From the NCBI GenBank assembly GCA_021736975.1, contig JAIPET010000005.1:4920-68919 (forward strand): a DNA stretch of 64,000 bases, read 5' to 3'. Below, piece after piece: positions 9,676 through 20,598 of this stretch (positions within the stretch are counted from its first letter, which is position 1; each line of letters begins with the position of its first letter). Both the position numbers and the translations under genes were made by a program. This stretch comes from Candidatus Woesearchaeota archaeon (GTDB lineage: Archaea; Nanobdellota; Nanobdellia; Woesearchaeales; 21-14-0-10-32-9). The notes under the pieces are model-generated. The model was not told the DNA's origin, did no database searches, and was given only the letters and a program-made list of their open reading frames with translations.

Positions 9676-9777
9676 TCACAACACCCAAGGAGTATTAATC
9701 TTATGATCCATAAACAGTGATCTAACTAGCTTCACGCAATTATATACAATTGACAAATTCACTAGCTTTTGAATCAT
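9676..9777 (-). CDS. Possible 33-aa leaderless upstream peptide (MIQKLVNLSIVYNCVKLVRSLFMDHKINTPWVL)
   Basis: ATG lies about 24 nt downstream of a TTTATATA box (9801-9808, minus strand); below the ORF-track cut-off. Confidence 0.3.
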   Translation of the reverse strand: MIQKLVNLSIVYNCVKLVRSLFMDHKINTPWVL

Positions 9778-9861
9778 AATTAAATTTATTGAACAAATCA
9801 TATATAAATATTATTATACTGGAGGCAAAGATTTTATAAATATACTAAAATTCTTAATAAT

Positions 9862-10269
9862 ATGGATTACGAGTCAATGTTAAAAGAAGCAAGAGATAAA
9901 TTACCTGAACCAACAGATACAGGAGAACGATTTGAAATTCCAAAAGTAAGAGGACAAATAGAAGGAACAAAAACCATAATCTCAAACTTCAACCAAATAG
10001 CAGAAACAATCGGAAGACCAGCATCACACTTACTAAAATATGTACAAAGAGATCTAGCAACCCCAGGAACATTCAGAAAACAAGCAGTAATATTCGGATC
10101 AAAAATAGCAGCATCAAAAATAAACGAAAGCATAAAAAATTACACAGAACAATTCGTAATATGTAAAGAATGTGGAAAACCAGAATCAAAACTAAATAAA
10201 GAAGGCGACATATATTTTATAAAATGTCAAGCATGCGGTGCAAGATATACATTTACTGCAAAAATATAA
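9862..10269 (+). CDS. eif2b: Translation initiation factor aIF2 beta subunit
   Basis: ERFEIP...GTKTIISNF...LAT.G and CKECGKPES...CQACGA Zn ribbon. Confidence 0.95.
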   Translation: MDYESMLKEARDKLPEPTDTGERFEIPKVRGQIEGTKTIISNFNQIAETIGRPASHLLKYVQRDLATPGTFRKQAVIFGSKIAASKINESIKNYTEQFVICKECGKPESKLNKEGDIYFIKCQACGARYTFTAKI

Positions 10270-10330
10270 TTCTGAAAATATACTTAAAGAACTATGAAAA
10301 AACAATTAAATCTTTTGAATCTCAAAAAAA

Positions 10331-11020
10331 TCAATAATAATCTCTAACATCAATATCTTCTCCTGAGTTAATTTTTATTTCTTTAGTACACACTTTAAAA
10401 AAAACATTCGCAACTTTTTCTGGAGAAACACCTTCGTATTCGGTCATGTCTGTGCTTGTCAGACCCGGACTTATGTTGTATATTTTGATGTTGCCAGGAA
10501 GTTCTTTCGCGAGAGCTTTTGTAAATGTTTTTACAGCTGCTTTTGTAGATGCATAAGAAACTGCTTCTTCAGGAAGATGTTTTGCCGCAACACTACCAGT
10601 ATTAACTATGATAGCTTCTGATTTTTCTTTCATAAAAGACAAAAACGCTAATGTTGTTTTCATAACACCTAAAAAATTAACTTTTACTTCTTCTTCAATT
10701 CTTTCAAATGTTTGTTTTTCAAAATAATTCCATGAAAGAACTCCTGCATTATTAATAAGAATGTCGGGAATTACTTTTTTTTCTTTTAAGAAATCAACAG
10801 CATTCAAAATCGAAGTATTATCAGAAACATCTAATTGTAAAGAAAATGAATCGTTTTGACATTCCTTAACTACAAGTTCTGCTAAATTTTTATTATTTTT
10901 ATAACAAACAACAACTTTTGCACCATTTTTAGCAAATAATTTGCATATTGCAGCACCAATACCTCTGCTACCGCCAGTAACAAGAATTGTTTTATTGTTA
11001 ATTTCCATAATTATAAACAA
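10331..11020 (-). CDS. Short-chain dehydrogenase/reductase
   Basis: TGGSRGIG, NNAG and YASTK motifs. Confidence 0.9.
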   Translation of the reverse strand: MFIIMEINNKTILVTGGSRGIGAAICKLFAKNGAKVVVCYKNNKNLAELVVKECQNDSFSLQLDVSDNTSILNAVDFLKEKKVIPDILINNAGVLSWNYFEKQTFERIEEEVKVNFLGVMKTTLAFLSFMKEKSEAIIVNTGSVAAKHLPEEAVSYASTKAAVKTFTKALAKELPGNIKIYNISPGLTSTDMTEYEGVSPEKVANVFFKVCTKEIKINSGEDIDVRDYY

Positions 11021-11063
11021 TGCAAGTAATATTTATATTTAACTAAAACAAAATAACAAACAA

Positions 11064-14000
11064 TTAAACAAAACTACTAAGACCGGTTTGAATCTCTTTT
11101 TCTTTACCAAACACAGACTCTATTCTACGCTTAGTTAATTCAACTGCTTGTCTAGTATAAAGATCCAAATCATAATTATTAACTAAATCTAAACAATAAT
11201 CAATATATTTAACAATACTACCTTCACTAATCGTAAAAATAACCTTTCCTTTACAAGTAGTACATTTTCCTGAAAGAGGAGGCCTTCTAAATTTCGCATT
11301 ACAACCAACACATCTAAATTGTTGCAAAGAAAATTTTCTCAAATTTCCTTTCGTATCTCTAATAAAATGTTTATTAATAATTAATTTTGCAACATCACGT
11401 TCATCAACAGCCCTAAGTTTAATAGCCAAATCCATTTGAGCTTCAACTTTCTCACCCATAGAAGGAATTAACTTATATGCAGAACACAAAACACCTTGAT
11501 TAAAATCATAGGTATCATGAGTAAAACCAATATTTTCATATTGATTAGGAGTTCCTATAACAGTACCAATTCTTGGAATTTTTACATCATAAGGTAATTT
11601 ATATTCTTCAGATGCTCTATAAAATGCTAAAGGATATTTCCAAGCAATATCCATATTAAAAATCATATCATCAACTTCACTAGGTAAAACAATAGAAGTT
11701 AAAACTAAAGGTGCATCCATAACACTACCTCTTGAACTAGGTAAATATTTTTGAGAAAAATTAAGAAAAGCATCTAAAGCTAAAGTAATACAACTTTCGT
11801 CACCATCACAATCTCTACGCATCGCCGCATGAATATATGGATGAGCATAAAATGCTTGAGTCTTAGAAAATCCGACGATCCTAGTTATAATACCAGCACT
11901 TGTATGAGGAGCTAAACCAATAGTTAAATGACCTGCTAAATCCTCTTTTTTTTCCAAATTATAAAATGGCTTCAGATCATATAATTTAATAAGCATCTCA
12001 TCAATAAACTTAGTAGTTCTAAATAAAATTTCATCTGCAGGTTCATCAGGACTTGCAGGACTACAAGGAATTACAATATCTTGAATTTTCAACTCTAAAA
12101 TTTGATCATCTTTTTCTAATTTTTTACCAAAAATATCTTTTTCATAACCCATCTCATTTAATTTTTCAATAGAAGTTCCAATTTCTTTAGGTTTAAAATG
12201 AGTAATTGCAACTTCAGAACAATCATATCTAACCGTACCATCTTTATTTACAGAAACACCATGTTTAGCTCTAAGAATTCCCTTCATAATGTGTTCTCCA
12301 ACACGTTCCTTATTACTAGTACCACGAACACCCTTAATTAAATCAGGAATAATATTAGTTTTTAATTTCTTTTTCATAGAATGAATAATATCTTGAATTT
12401 TAATTCTGGTTGAAAGATCAGATCTTTCTAATTCTTCAGTTCTAGAATCACATTCATGGCATCTTCTAAAAGGAGAATCCATATTACATTTTTTACATCT
12501 ATACATTTTAAGTTCTGTTTTAATATAACCTTTCTCTAAAGCAGCTTGAAAACTTCTAAGTCTACCACCCTCTTCACCAACAGGAAATAATACGTGAGGA
12601 CTTCCAGTGAGTTTTCTCATCTTAGCTTTTTCAGGTCTTCCCATCCTACTACCAATAAAAATACCTGATTTATCTTTTATTTTAATAGAACAAATTTTAT
12701 TTATTAAATCTAAAGAATCTTTTGATTCATTAGTTAACTTAACTAAATTTATTTCTTTACCGGTTTGCAAACAAAATTTGAGTGTATCAACATATTCAAA
12801 ATTCAAAATTAAATTTTTATTTTTTAATTTATGAGGAATACCTAATAATTCCAATTCTCTTTTTAAATCACAATTTTCTAATAAATATTCATCTCCTTCT
12901 TTCAAAGAAGTGGATATCCAATCTCTTAATTCAGAAATTTTTTCTTTTTTAATTTCCTTCCAAAAAAATGTGTGTTGAGGATGAAGAGGAATATTTAATC
13001 TTTCACTTATTTGTTTTGCTGCTTCAAAACTAATTTTTGTTTTAGTAAAATTCTTAATTAATTTTTCAATTTTTTCAGGATCAATATCTAATAATTCAGA
13101 TAATTTTTCATAATCAAGAGTCCAAAAAAAATTTAATGCGGCTTCTTCAAATTCTTGAATCCAATATTCTTGACAATAACCAGAAGGAATTAATTTGTGA
13201 GCTCTATCAAAAAAATCACCATAATTAATTAAAACATCACCAGTATAAATTATTTCTTTAATATCATCTTTATGATGTTTGGCTTGAGCTTCTGAATTAA
13301 TTTGTAAAACATCACCATTTTTTAATTTAACAATAGGACCTTCAATAGTATCACAAGAAGAATACGCTGCTGCTTTTCCTGGTCTTTCAACTTTAAGTTG
13401 AGTTCCTGTAGCGACAAAACTATTTAAAATATGCATAGTAGCAGGATGAATTGACTGACCTGAAAATCCAGATGTTCTACTACGACCATATCTTAATCTA
13501 AAAGCACCACTTCTCATAGGATGACCAATAACAGGTCTACCACCAACCAAATCTTTAACATAAGTATAATCAGGATAAATAGGTGCTGCATCTCCAGATT
13601 TTTTTTGTTTACCTTTACTTTTAGATTTAGCTTGAATTTCTTTAATATATTTTTCAAGAAAATTCCACTGCTCCATACCCATATCATTTCCCCAAACACT
13701 AAGATTTTTCCACAACTTCGGAGCTTTTAAAGGAATACAAGAACTATGAATTAAACAATAACCAGATCTTAATTTATTAGTTGGAATTCTAGGAATGTCT
13801 TTGTAAAGAGCACTTGAAACTTCTCTTTTTTCAGAAGGATCACCACTAATTTCAACAGGAATTTTTTGCATTAAAAAAACAGATTCTTCTTTACTTGGAA
13901 AATATTGTAAATTTGCAACATACTCATGATAATCTTCAAGTTCTGCGGGACATCTTTGACATTCTTTTTCTGTAGCATCATATTCTAAAAAACCCATATG

Positions 14001-14531
14001 TTTTCTTACATAATCAGCAATTAAAACAGAAACAGCAGCACCCGTACCTCCAGCAGCCCTAATAGGACCCGCATAATTAATACACATATATTTTCCTTTA
14101 CCATCAAGCCTATCTTTTAATTCAAGACTTGTAAAACCTTCTAAAGGAGCAGAAACAACACCCAATGTTACATAAGCAAAACCAGTTCTAATACCTATCT
14201 CCATTGCTTCTATTTGATTTTTAAATTTACAAAATTTTTCTTGAGCAATTTCTAATGCAATTTTCATAGCAACTCTCCAGTCTTGTGGAGAAATTTCATT
14301 TTCTAATTCTAAAATTCTCTCAATTGCACCACTACCCTCTATTTGCGGGGCTACTGCACTAATAAGACCAACTACTCTTTCAGCTAAATTTTCAGCGAGT
14401 TTAACTTCTACAAAATCCTCTGGATCATAAGATTTTTTTCTAGCTTCAGATGCAAACTTATGAAGTCTTAACGATTCCTCTTTCAATCCAAAAAAGTATT
14501 TTTTCATACTTTCTGATGCAATCAATGCCAT
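11064..14531 (-). CDS. polC: DNA polymerase D large subunit DP2
   Basis: AGPIRAAGGT, RLRYGRSR, RMGRPEKAK, catalytic RRDCDGDE and C-terminal CxxC Zn finger. Confidence 0.98.
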   Translation of the reverse strand: MALIASESMKKYFFGLKEESLRLHKFASEARKKSYDPEDFVEVKLAENLAERVVGLISAVAPQIEGSGAIERILELENEISPQDWRVAMKIALEIAQEKFCKFKNQIEAMEIGIRTGFAYVTLGVVSAPLEGFTSLELKDRLDGKGKYMCINYAGPIRAAGGTGAAVSVLIADYVRKHMGFLEYDATEKECQRCPAELEDYHEYVANLQYFPSKEESVFLMQKIPVEISGDPSEKREVSSALYKDIPRIPTNKLRSGYCLIHSSCIPLKAPKLWKNLSVWGNDMGMEQWNFLEKYIKEIQAKSKSKGKQKKSGDAAPIYPDYTYVKDLVGGRPVIGHPMRSGAFRLRYGRSRTSGFSGQSIHPATMHILNSFVATGTQLKVERPGKAAAYSSCDTIEGPIVKLKNGDVLQINSEAQAKHHKDDIKEIIYTGDVLINYGDFFDRAHKLIPSGYCQEYWIQEFEEAALNFFWTLDYEKLSELLDIDPEKIEKLIKNFTKTKISFEAAKQISERLNIPLHPQHTFFWKEIKKEKISELRDWISTSLKEGDEYLLENCDLKRELELLGIPHKLKNKNLILNFEYVDTLKFCLQTGKEINLVKLTNESKDSLDLINKICSIKIKDKSGIFIGSRMGRPEKAKMRKLTGSPHVLFPVGEEGGRLRSFQAALEKGYIKTELKMYRCKKCNMDSPFRRCHECDSRTEELERSDLSTRIKIQDIIHSMKKKLKTNIIPDLIKGVRGTSNKERVGEHIMKGILRAKHGVSVNKDGTVRYDCSEVAITHFKPKEIGTSIEKLNEMGYEKDIFGKKLEKDDQILELKIQDIVIPCSPASPDEPADEILFRTTKFIDEMLIKLYDLKPFYNLEKKEDLAGHLTIGLAPHTSAGIITRIVGFSKTQAFYAHPYIHAAMRRDCDGDESCITLALDAFLNFSQKYLPSSRGSVMDAPLVLTSIVLPSEVDDMIFNMDIAWKYPLAFYRASEEYKLPYDVKIPRIGTVIGTPNQYENIGFTHDTYDFNQGVLCSAYKLIPSMGEKVEAQMDLAIKLRAVDERDVAKLIINKHFIRDTKGNLRKFSLQQFRCVGCNAKFRRPPLSGKCTTCKGKVIFTISEGSIVKYIDYCLDLVNNYDLDLYTRQAVELTKRRIESVFGKEKEIQTGLSSFV

Positions 14532-14547
14532 TAATTTTTAACCCCTT

Positions 14548-16182
14548 TCATTTTTTAAAATCCTCACTATTGTTATCAATATTTTTTTTTTCTGATTCTT
14601 CTTTAATATTTTCTTCTTCTAATTTTTTCTTTTTTTCATTTTCTTCTTCTATTTTTTTTTGTTCAGCTTCTGCTTTAGCTTTTGCTTCTTTAATTTCTTT
14701 TAATAATTCAGCTTCTTTTTCTTTAGCTTCTTGACTCATAAAATTCATCATTTTAACAGCCCTAGTCTTTAAATTTATTAAAGGTAATCTTGCAGGTTGA
14801 GGTTCTAAACCTCTTTTAATCTGATCATCAGTAGTTTCTGTCCAACAACTACCATTAATCATAGTTATATTTCTATAATTTTTAGCGGCAGCTCTATGAA
14901 TATGACCTGTGATAAAAAAATCAGGAACAATATCAATTATTAAAGGATCTCTTTCAGGATCTGGAATATAAAGAGTCGAACCATGAGTTGGAGCTAAATG
15001 TCTTCTTTGAAGCAAATATTGCATTATTAAATCTGAACGTTTTTGTCCTCCTGCACTCCTAATACTTGGAATGTTTTCTGAATAATAAATTAAAGAACCT
15101 CCGTGATAAATCAAACAATCAAAACCAGAAAAATCTTCTGTTGAAGCAATATTAACATAAGCAGGATTACTAAGTATAAATAAATTTGGAATTGTATATA
15201 ATTCTTCTGCTAAATCTTTAGGTACAGGTTCTTGAGGTTCTGCAAGTCTACCAGCATCGTGATTTCCTGAAATCATTATAATTTTTTTATCCTTAGGAAT
15301 TTTTTTAAAATATTTAGCAGCATATTCATATTGTTTTTTAATATCAATTATATCTAAATCATCTTCTTGAGAAGGATAAACTCCAACTCCTTCAATTATA
15401 TCACCTGTATGAATAATATATTTTACTTTTTTTGCCAATTCTCTTTGTTCTAAAGAACCAGATTCACCATTAATCCATAAAATAAATTTATCAAATTCTT
15501 CTTTCATAAAAACATTAGAACCGAAATGAATATCACCAAGAATCGCAACATATTCTTCTTTAGCTTGTTTTTTTAATTCTTTAGTAGGAGGAATGTCAGG
15601 AAAAACAATTTTTTGAGCAAAAATAGCATCATTAAATTTTTTACCAATAACACCTATAACCTCATCTAAAGAAATATCATCTGCAATATTATACAACTCT
15701 TTATTTTTTTCATCTTTTTTAACAATAACAACACAAATACCTGTTTTATCTTCTAATTTCAAAATATAATTTTCATTTTTAGTCAAATTTTTTTCCAAAA
15801 CCATACCTATTATTGCAGTTTGATTTTCAGCATCTTTTTCCATCATTCTAGAAATACTAGTAACACCCATCATTTCTTGTCTATTTCTTAATATAGAAGC
15901 TGTAATATTATATCTATTATTCATAACACCAACAAAATCTTGAAAAGATCTTTTTTTACTTTTTTTATCATAAGATCTAATAACATGAACATTATGATTA
16001 TCTTCTTTTAATTTTGAATATTTATTAATTAATGCTTCATCAATTAAATCTAAAGAATCTCCTTCTAATTCTATAATTTTATTTAAAATTTCTTCATCTA
16101 CTTCTTTTTCCATGATGTCAGGACTAACTAATATTCCTTTTTCTATAAGTGAATTTAATATTGTTGATGAACTCATTTTCAA
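14548..16182 (-). CDS. polB: DNA polymerase D small (exonuclease) subunit DP1
   Basis: OB fold, DIHFGS, GDIIEG, GNHD, HLAPTHG and GHIH calcineurin-like motifs. Confidence 0.96.
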   Translation of the reverse strand: MKMSSSTILNSLIEKGILVSPDIMEKEVDEEILNKIIELEGDSLDLIDEALINKYSKLKEDNHNVHVIRSYDKKSKKRSFQDFVGVMNNRYNITASILRNRQEMMGVTSISRMMEKDAENQTAIIGMVLEKNLTKNENYILKLEDKTGICVVIVKKDEKNKELYNIADDISLDEVIGVIGKKFNDAIFAQKIVFPDIPPTKELKKQAKEEYVAILGDIHFGSNVFMKEEFDKFILWINGESGSLEQRELAKKVKYIIHTGDIIEGVGVYPSQEDDLDIIDIKKQYEYAAKYFKKIPKDKKIIMISGNHDAGRLAEPQEPVPKDLAEELYTIPNLFILSNPAYVNIASTEDFSGFDCLIYHGGSLIYYSENIPSIRSAGGQKRSDLIMQYLLQRRHLAPTHGSTLYIPDPERDPLIIDIVPDFFITGHIHRAAAKNYRNITMINGSCWTETTDDQIKRGLEPQPARLPLINLKTRAVKMMNFMSQEAKEKEAELLKEIKEAKAKAEAEQKKIEEENEKKKKLEEENIKEESEKKNIDNNSEDFKK

Positions 16183-17417
16183 ATTTTTAATTTTTCCCTA
16201 TTACTATCTGATATTCCTAATTCTTCATCAAGAAGTGTAAGAATTTTCTTTTCGATACTTTTACTTAAAGATAAAGATATCTCCCTTGTTCTACCAAATC
16301 TACCTTTACTAATAACTTTAGCATTAATAATGCCGAGCATATCAAGTTCTGCAATAATATCAGATACTCTTCTTTGAGTTAAAGGTCTAAGACCTGAAAC
16401 ACTACAAATATCTTTGTATAATTCATAAATATCACCTGTAAAAATATTATTATCTTTTTGTTGAGATAATAATAAAATAGGATAAAGTGTTGCTTGAAAT
16501 TGTTTGGGATGAGTTTTAACCATATCTATCATCCTATCTCTTTCTATTTTATCTTCTGCTTCATCTATATTTTCTATTAATAATTTTTCTTGATTTTTTC
16601 TTTCTGCAATTTCACCTGCGACTCTTAAAAGTTCTAAAGCTCTTCTTGCATCACCATGTTCTCTTGCCGCATAAGCAGCACATTTTTGAATAACACCATC
16701 TTCTATAGTTCCAGATTTAAAACCAATTTCTGCTCTTTTTTTAAGAATTTCTTGTATTTGAACAGCATTATAAGGTGGAAATACTATTTCTTCTTCACTA
16801 AGACTAGATTTTACTCTAGGATCTAAATTATTTGCAAACATTAAATCGTTTGATATTCCTATAATACTTAATTGAGATTTTTTTAAATCTTGATTTATTC
16901 TTGTTAAATTATAAATTATTTCATCACCAGCTTTTTTTATTAATTGATCAATTTCATCCAAAATCAAAATAATTATCTTATTTTCTTGTTCTAAAGCTGA
17001 AAAAAATATATTATATACTTCATCAGTTGGTAAACCTGTTGGAGGAATTGCTTTACCAAAAAATCTTGCTAATTCAGCAATTAATCTATATTCTGTATCT
17101 GCAATTTTTTTTAATTTACAATTTAAATAAAATATTTGAAGGGGAATATCTCTTTGTTTTGCAACATTTTCCATTTGTTCTGCAACATGTCTAGAAATTA
17201 ATGTTTTTCCAGTTCCTGTTTTTCCATAAATAAACAAATTTGATGGTTTATCTGTTTTTAATGCAGGAGCTAATATTTGTGCTATTTGATTAATTTGATC
17301 ATCACGATGATTTATTTCACCAGGCATATATGAACTTTGTAATACTTTTTTATTGCTGAATAATGAGTCTTTTTTTAAGAATTTTTCAAAAAAATTGTTA
17401 AGATTATTTTCTACCAT
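16179..17417 (-). CDS. cdc6: Orc1/Cdc6 replication initiator
   Basis: GKTGTGKT, LDEID, GDARRAL and wHTH ISKGRFGRTR. Confidence 0.97.
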   Translation of the reverse strand: MVENNLNNFFEKFLKKDSLFSNKKVLQSSYMPGEINHRDDQINQIAQILAPALKTDKPSNLFIYGKTGTGKTLISRHVAEQMENVAKQRDIPLQIFYLNCKLKKIADTEYRLIAELARFFGKAIPPTGLPTDEVYNIFFSALEQENKIIILILDEIDQLIKKAGDEIIYNLTRINQDLKKSQLSIIGISNDLMFANNLDPRVKSSLSEEEIVFPPYNAVQIQEILKKRAEIGFKSGTIEDGVIQKCAAYAAREHGDARRALELLRVAGEIAERKNQEKLLIENIDEAEDKIERDRMIDMVKTHPKQFQATLYPILLLSQQKDNNIFTGDIYELYKDICSVSGLRPLTQRRVSDIIAELDMLGIINAKVISKGRFGRTREISLSLSKSIEKKILTLLDEELGISDSNREKLKI

Positions 17418-17441
17418 TTAGTTTTCCCCTCCAAACCATAT

Positions 17442-17547
17442 TTCCAGACGAAATAGAGGGTATATAAATATTCTTCTTTTGGAACTTATATTTTGGAATA
17501 GTATATAACAAGAAATATACTACTCTCCCCTTTATTTCGTATAGAAC
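17442..17547. promoter_or_regulatory. Inverted ORB pair (17442-17461 +; 17527-17547 -) with G-strings facing an ~65-bp AT-rich DUE
   Basis: TTCCAGACGAAATAGAGGGT and (rc) GTTCTATACGAAATAAAGGGG show canonical archaeal origin geometry. Confidence 0.85.
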
Positions 17548-17577
17548 TTATTTAGAACAAAAAAAGTTTGATTTATG

Positions 17578-17609
<32 letters not shown>

Positions 17610-18354
17610 CAGATTACATCATATTATATTATTAAATAAAAATAAAACATATTAAATAAATATAATTCATAAATAAATATAAAACATATTAAATAAAAAC
17701 AAGTAATAAACTAATAAATAAAAATAAGTAACATATTAAATAAATATTCTTCATAAATAAATATAAATCATATAAACATTGAATATTAATCAAATAATTT
17801 ATTAAATACCAAATATCAAATAAAATACAAACAAAAAATAATAATAAATAAATTATAACTAATTTACTTCTTAATTGATGTTTAAATTTGTTTTTAGAAT
17901 TTATTTATTTTAAAATAAATATTATTTTTGAATTTGATCTCTTTTTTATTTTCTTTTTCTTTATTCTTTATGTTCATTCTTTTTTTTTATTATTTATATT
18001 TATTTTTTTCTTGTTTCTTTTTCTTCATTCTTTATGTTCTTTCTTTATTATTATTATTACTTATAGAATAATATAATATATAATAATACAATAATTAACT
18101 TCCATATAGAAAAGAAAGATGAGTTTTTAAGAGTTATTGACAAGAAATAAAAAAAAAGAAAATTATTCATATAATAATAAATAAAATAAAATTAGAATAA
18201 TAATATAATAATGTCTATTTTTTTCTTATAGAAATATATTAAATTTATTTTTTAGTATTTAATAATTATTAGATTTTTATGTGTTTTTTATGTGTTTTGT
18301 TAAAATAATTATATATTATAGATTAATATATTTGTTTATTAATTTAATAAGACT

Positions 18355-18535
18355 TAATTAAGATGATATATTTGGTTATTTAGTATTAATATGTAATTAA
18401 GATGATATATTTAGTTATTTAGTATTAATATGTAATTAAGATGATATATTTGGTTATTTAGTATTAATATGTAATTAAGATGATATATTTAGTTATTTAG
18501 TAATTAATATGTAATTAAGATGATATATTTAGTTA
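18355..18535. repeat. 39-bp tandem repeat, about 4.6 copies (TAATTAAGATGATATATTTRGTTATTTAGTATTAATATG)
   Basis: Head-to-tail copies starting at 18355, 18394, 18433, 18472 and 18512, with no spacers. Confidence 0.9.
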
Positions 18536-18700
18536 AAAATCTAATATAACAAATATTAAATGTTTATAATATTTATAATAATTATATATGCTTAGGTTGA
18601 CTATTAAGATTATTTGATTGTTTATTAAAATATTAAATTTAACTATAAAATAATATGATCTTTAAAATAAATAAATGTAACTTATTTTTATCAAAAAGTA

Positions 18701-18720
18701 TTCTATAGGAAATGTAGGGG
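18701..18720 (+). promoter_or_regulatory. ORB element (TTCTATAGGAAATGTAGGGG) at the distal end of the origin region
   Basis: Matches the other ORBs, including the G-string. Confidence 0.8.
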
Positions 18721-18789
18721 TGACATCAAAAAATTTAGATAAATTTCTAAATTCATATTATTTATTATATTATCTAAAATATTATCTAA

Positions 18790-18909
18790 AATATTATTAA
18801 TACAAATTATATTATTTAACATGTTTTTAATATATATTATATTTTTAATATACACAATATTATTAATACAAATTATATTATTTAACATGTTTTTAATATA
18901 TATTATATT
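18790..18909. repeat. Tandem duplication with ~66-bp period (AATATTATTAATACAAATTATATTATTTAACATGTTTTTAATATATATTATATT x2)
   Basis: Read directly from the sequence. Confidence 0.85.
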
Positions 18910-18923
18910 AATATTAAAATAAA

Positions 18924-20597
18924 TCATTTATTATTTTCTTTTAATACAGAAATAATATTATCAAGTTCAATTTCAAAACCAGAACAAGGCATTTCAAGAT
19001 CAAACAAAGAAATAGCTTTAGGAGAAATTTCACCAACAAAACCAATAATTTTACCATTAAAAATAATTTTACCAGTTCTACCACTCATAAAAATATTATT
19101 TTCATCTTTTTCAATTTTATAATCTAAATTTAAATCTTGAAATAAAGAATCAAGATGTTGTTTTGCAGTTGTAAAATTAACATTTTCAGAACAAAAAATA
19201 GCTGCCAAACTATTAGATTCTTTTATTGATGTAAATTCTGAATTATCTTTTTTGAAAATAACACCTAATTCAAAAAAATTCTGAGGATAATCATACATCT
19301 TATTATTTTTCAAATTATGAAGTAAATTAATCATAATATTTCTTCTTAAAGAATTAAACTCAGAAGACAAAGCATTTTTAACAAAAACAACATTATCAAC
19401 AAGTTTATTTTGAATATCTTTAGATACAAGAGAATAAGTATTAGTTTCATTCATTTTCAAACCTACAAAATGTTCTCTAATTTTTTTAAAGATTTTTTCA
19501 GAATAATTTTCTTTTCCAAGACTATAAGTTCTATTATCATCAGATTCTATATTATTATATCCAAAACCAATACCAATATCTTCAACTAAATCAATTTGAT
19601 GAATAATATCAGATCTATAACATGGAACAAAAACATCAAAAAAATGCTTTTGAATATTTACACCAAAACCCATCTTTTCAAGACATTCAACAACTTTTTC
19701 ATCAGATAATTCAAGACCAAGGTATTTTTTAATATAATTTTTATTTAAAAAAGATTTATTAGATTCTAATTTAGGAGTTGTTAATTTTCCTAAAGGATCT
19801 TGTTCATAAAATAAATTAACATCAAAAATTTTTCCACCCATATCACTTAAAGCAGAAACAACAATATTAATAGCTTTACTTAAAACATCAAAATTAAAAC
19901 CAGAACATTCTAAAAAAACATCAGTAGTAGATTCTGAAATTTTACCAGTTTTATGAGAATTAATAATAGGAGGCATACTTAAAATTTCATTATTAGCATC
20001 CATAAAAATAGGATACAATTTTTTACCATCTAACAAATGAGCAAAATCCTTACCTTTTTCATGTTCTAATAAAATTTGAGAAGCATTCATTTCTACAGAT
20101 TTTTCTAAAGGAACAAAACTAATTTCTTCAGGCTTTTTAGCAGTATATGTAATAGGCCACTTTATTGCTTCCATAGGATAAATACCAATTGCACATTTCT
20201 TTCTATTTCTACCATAAGTAACATGAAGTTTTTCTTGAATTTCAATAATATTTTTTAATTTTTCTTCATTTATTTTCAAACCCTTAATAACAGCGCAAGC
20301 AGTATAAGGTCTAACATCTTTAACTTCTTTTTTAATAAAAATATCATATTTACTTTTTTCAGACTTATATTCTTTCAAACCAATTTTATTCCCAATAAAA
20401 GAACTAAGAGCTCTAGAAAAACCTTCATCTGAAAGAAGATCAGGTCTATTAGGAAAAATTTCTACAATAATTTCATCACTAGTGATTTCTTCAAGATCAG
20501 TACCAAGATAAGGAATAATCTCTTTTAATTCCTCATCTGATAAATCTTTACCAATAAGTTCTTTTACACGTTCCTTATTTAATTTTATTGTAGGCAT
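18924..20597 (-). CDS. pheT: Phenylalanyl-tRNA synthetase beta subunit (archaeal type)
   Basis: MPTI start, NRPDLLS, B3/B4 GRNRKK.AIG and B5 YRSDIIHQIDLVED. Confidence 0.95.
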   Translation of the reverse strand: MPTIKLNKERVKELIGKDLSDEELKEIIPYLGTDLEEITSDEIIVEIFPNRPDLLSDEGFSRALSSFIGNKIGLKEYKSEKSKYDIFIKKEVKDVRPYTACAVIKGLKINEEKLKNIIEIQEKLHVTYGRNRKKCAIGIYPMEAIKWPITYTAKKPEEISFVPLEKSVEMNASQILLEHEKGKDFAHLLDGKKLYPIFMDANNEILSMPPIINSHKTGKISESTTDVFLECSGFNFDVLSKAINIVVSALSDMGGKIFDVNLFYEQDPLGKLTTPKLESNKSFLNKNYIKKYLGLELSDEKVVECLEKMGFGVNIQKHFFDVFVPCYRSDIIHQIDLVEDIGIGFGYNNIESDDNRTYSLGKENYSEKIFKKIREHFVGLKMNETNTYSLVSKDIQNKLVDNVVFVKNALSSEFNSLRRNIMINLLHNLKNNKMYDYPQNFFELGVIFKKDNSEFTSIKESNSLAAIFCSENVNFTTAKQHLDSLFQDLNLDYKIEKDENNIFMSGRTGKIIFNGKIIGFVGEISPKAISLFDLEMPCSGFEIELDNIISVLKENNK

Positions 20598-20598
20598 T

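Noticed and set aside
9616-9678. Selenocysteine read-through (UGA followed by a hairpin)
   Set aside because: Read-through adds only 18 unremarkable residues, there is no redox motif or recognisable SECIS consensus, and no Sec machinery is in view.
11064-14531. Inteins in DP2 (also checked in Cdc6 and RadA)
   Set aside because: The catalytic and P-loop motifs are uninterrupted and the protein lengths are normal.
18355-18535. CRISPR array
   Set aside because: The units are head-to-tail with no unique spacers, and no cas genes are present.
17888-18927. ORFs 17888-18076 and 18703-18927
   Set aside because: Low-complexity translations of AT-rich origin repeats; one overlaps an ORB.
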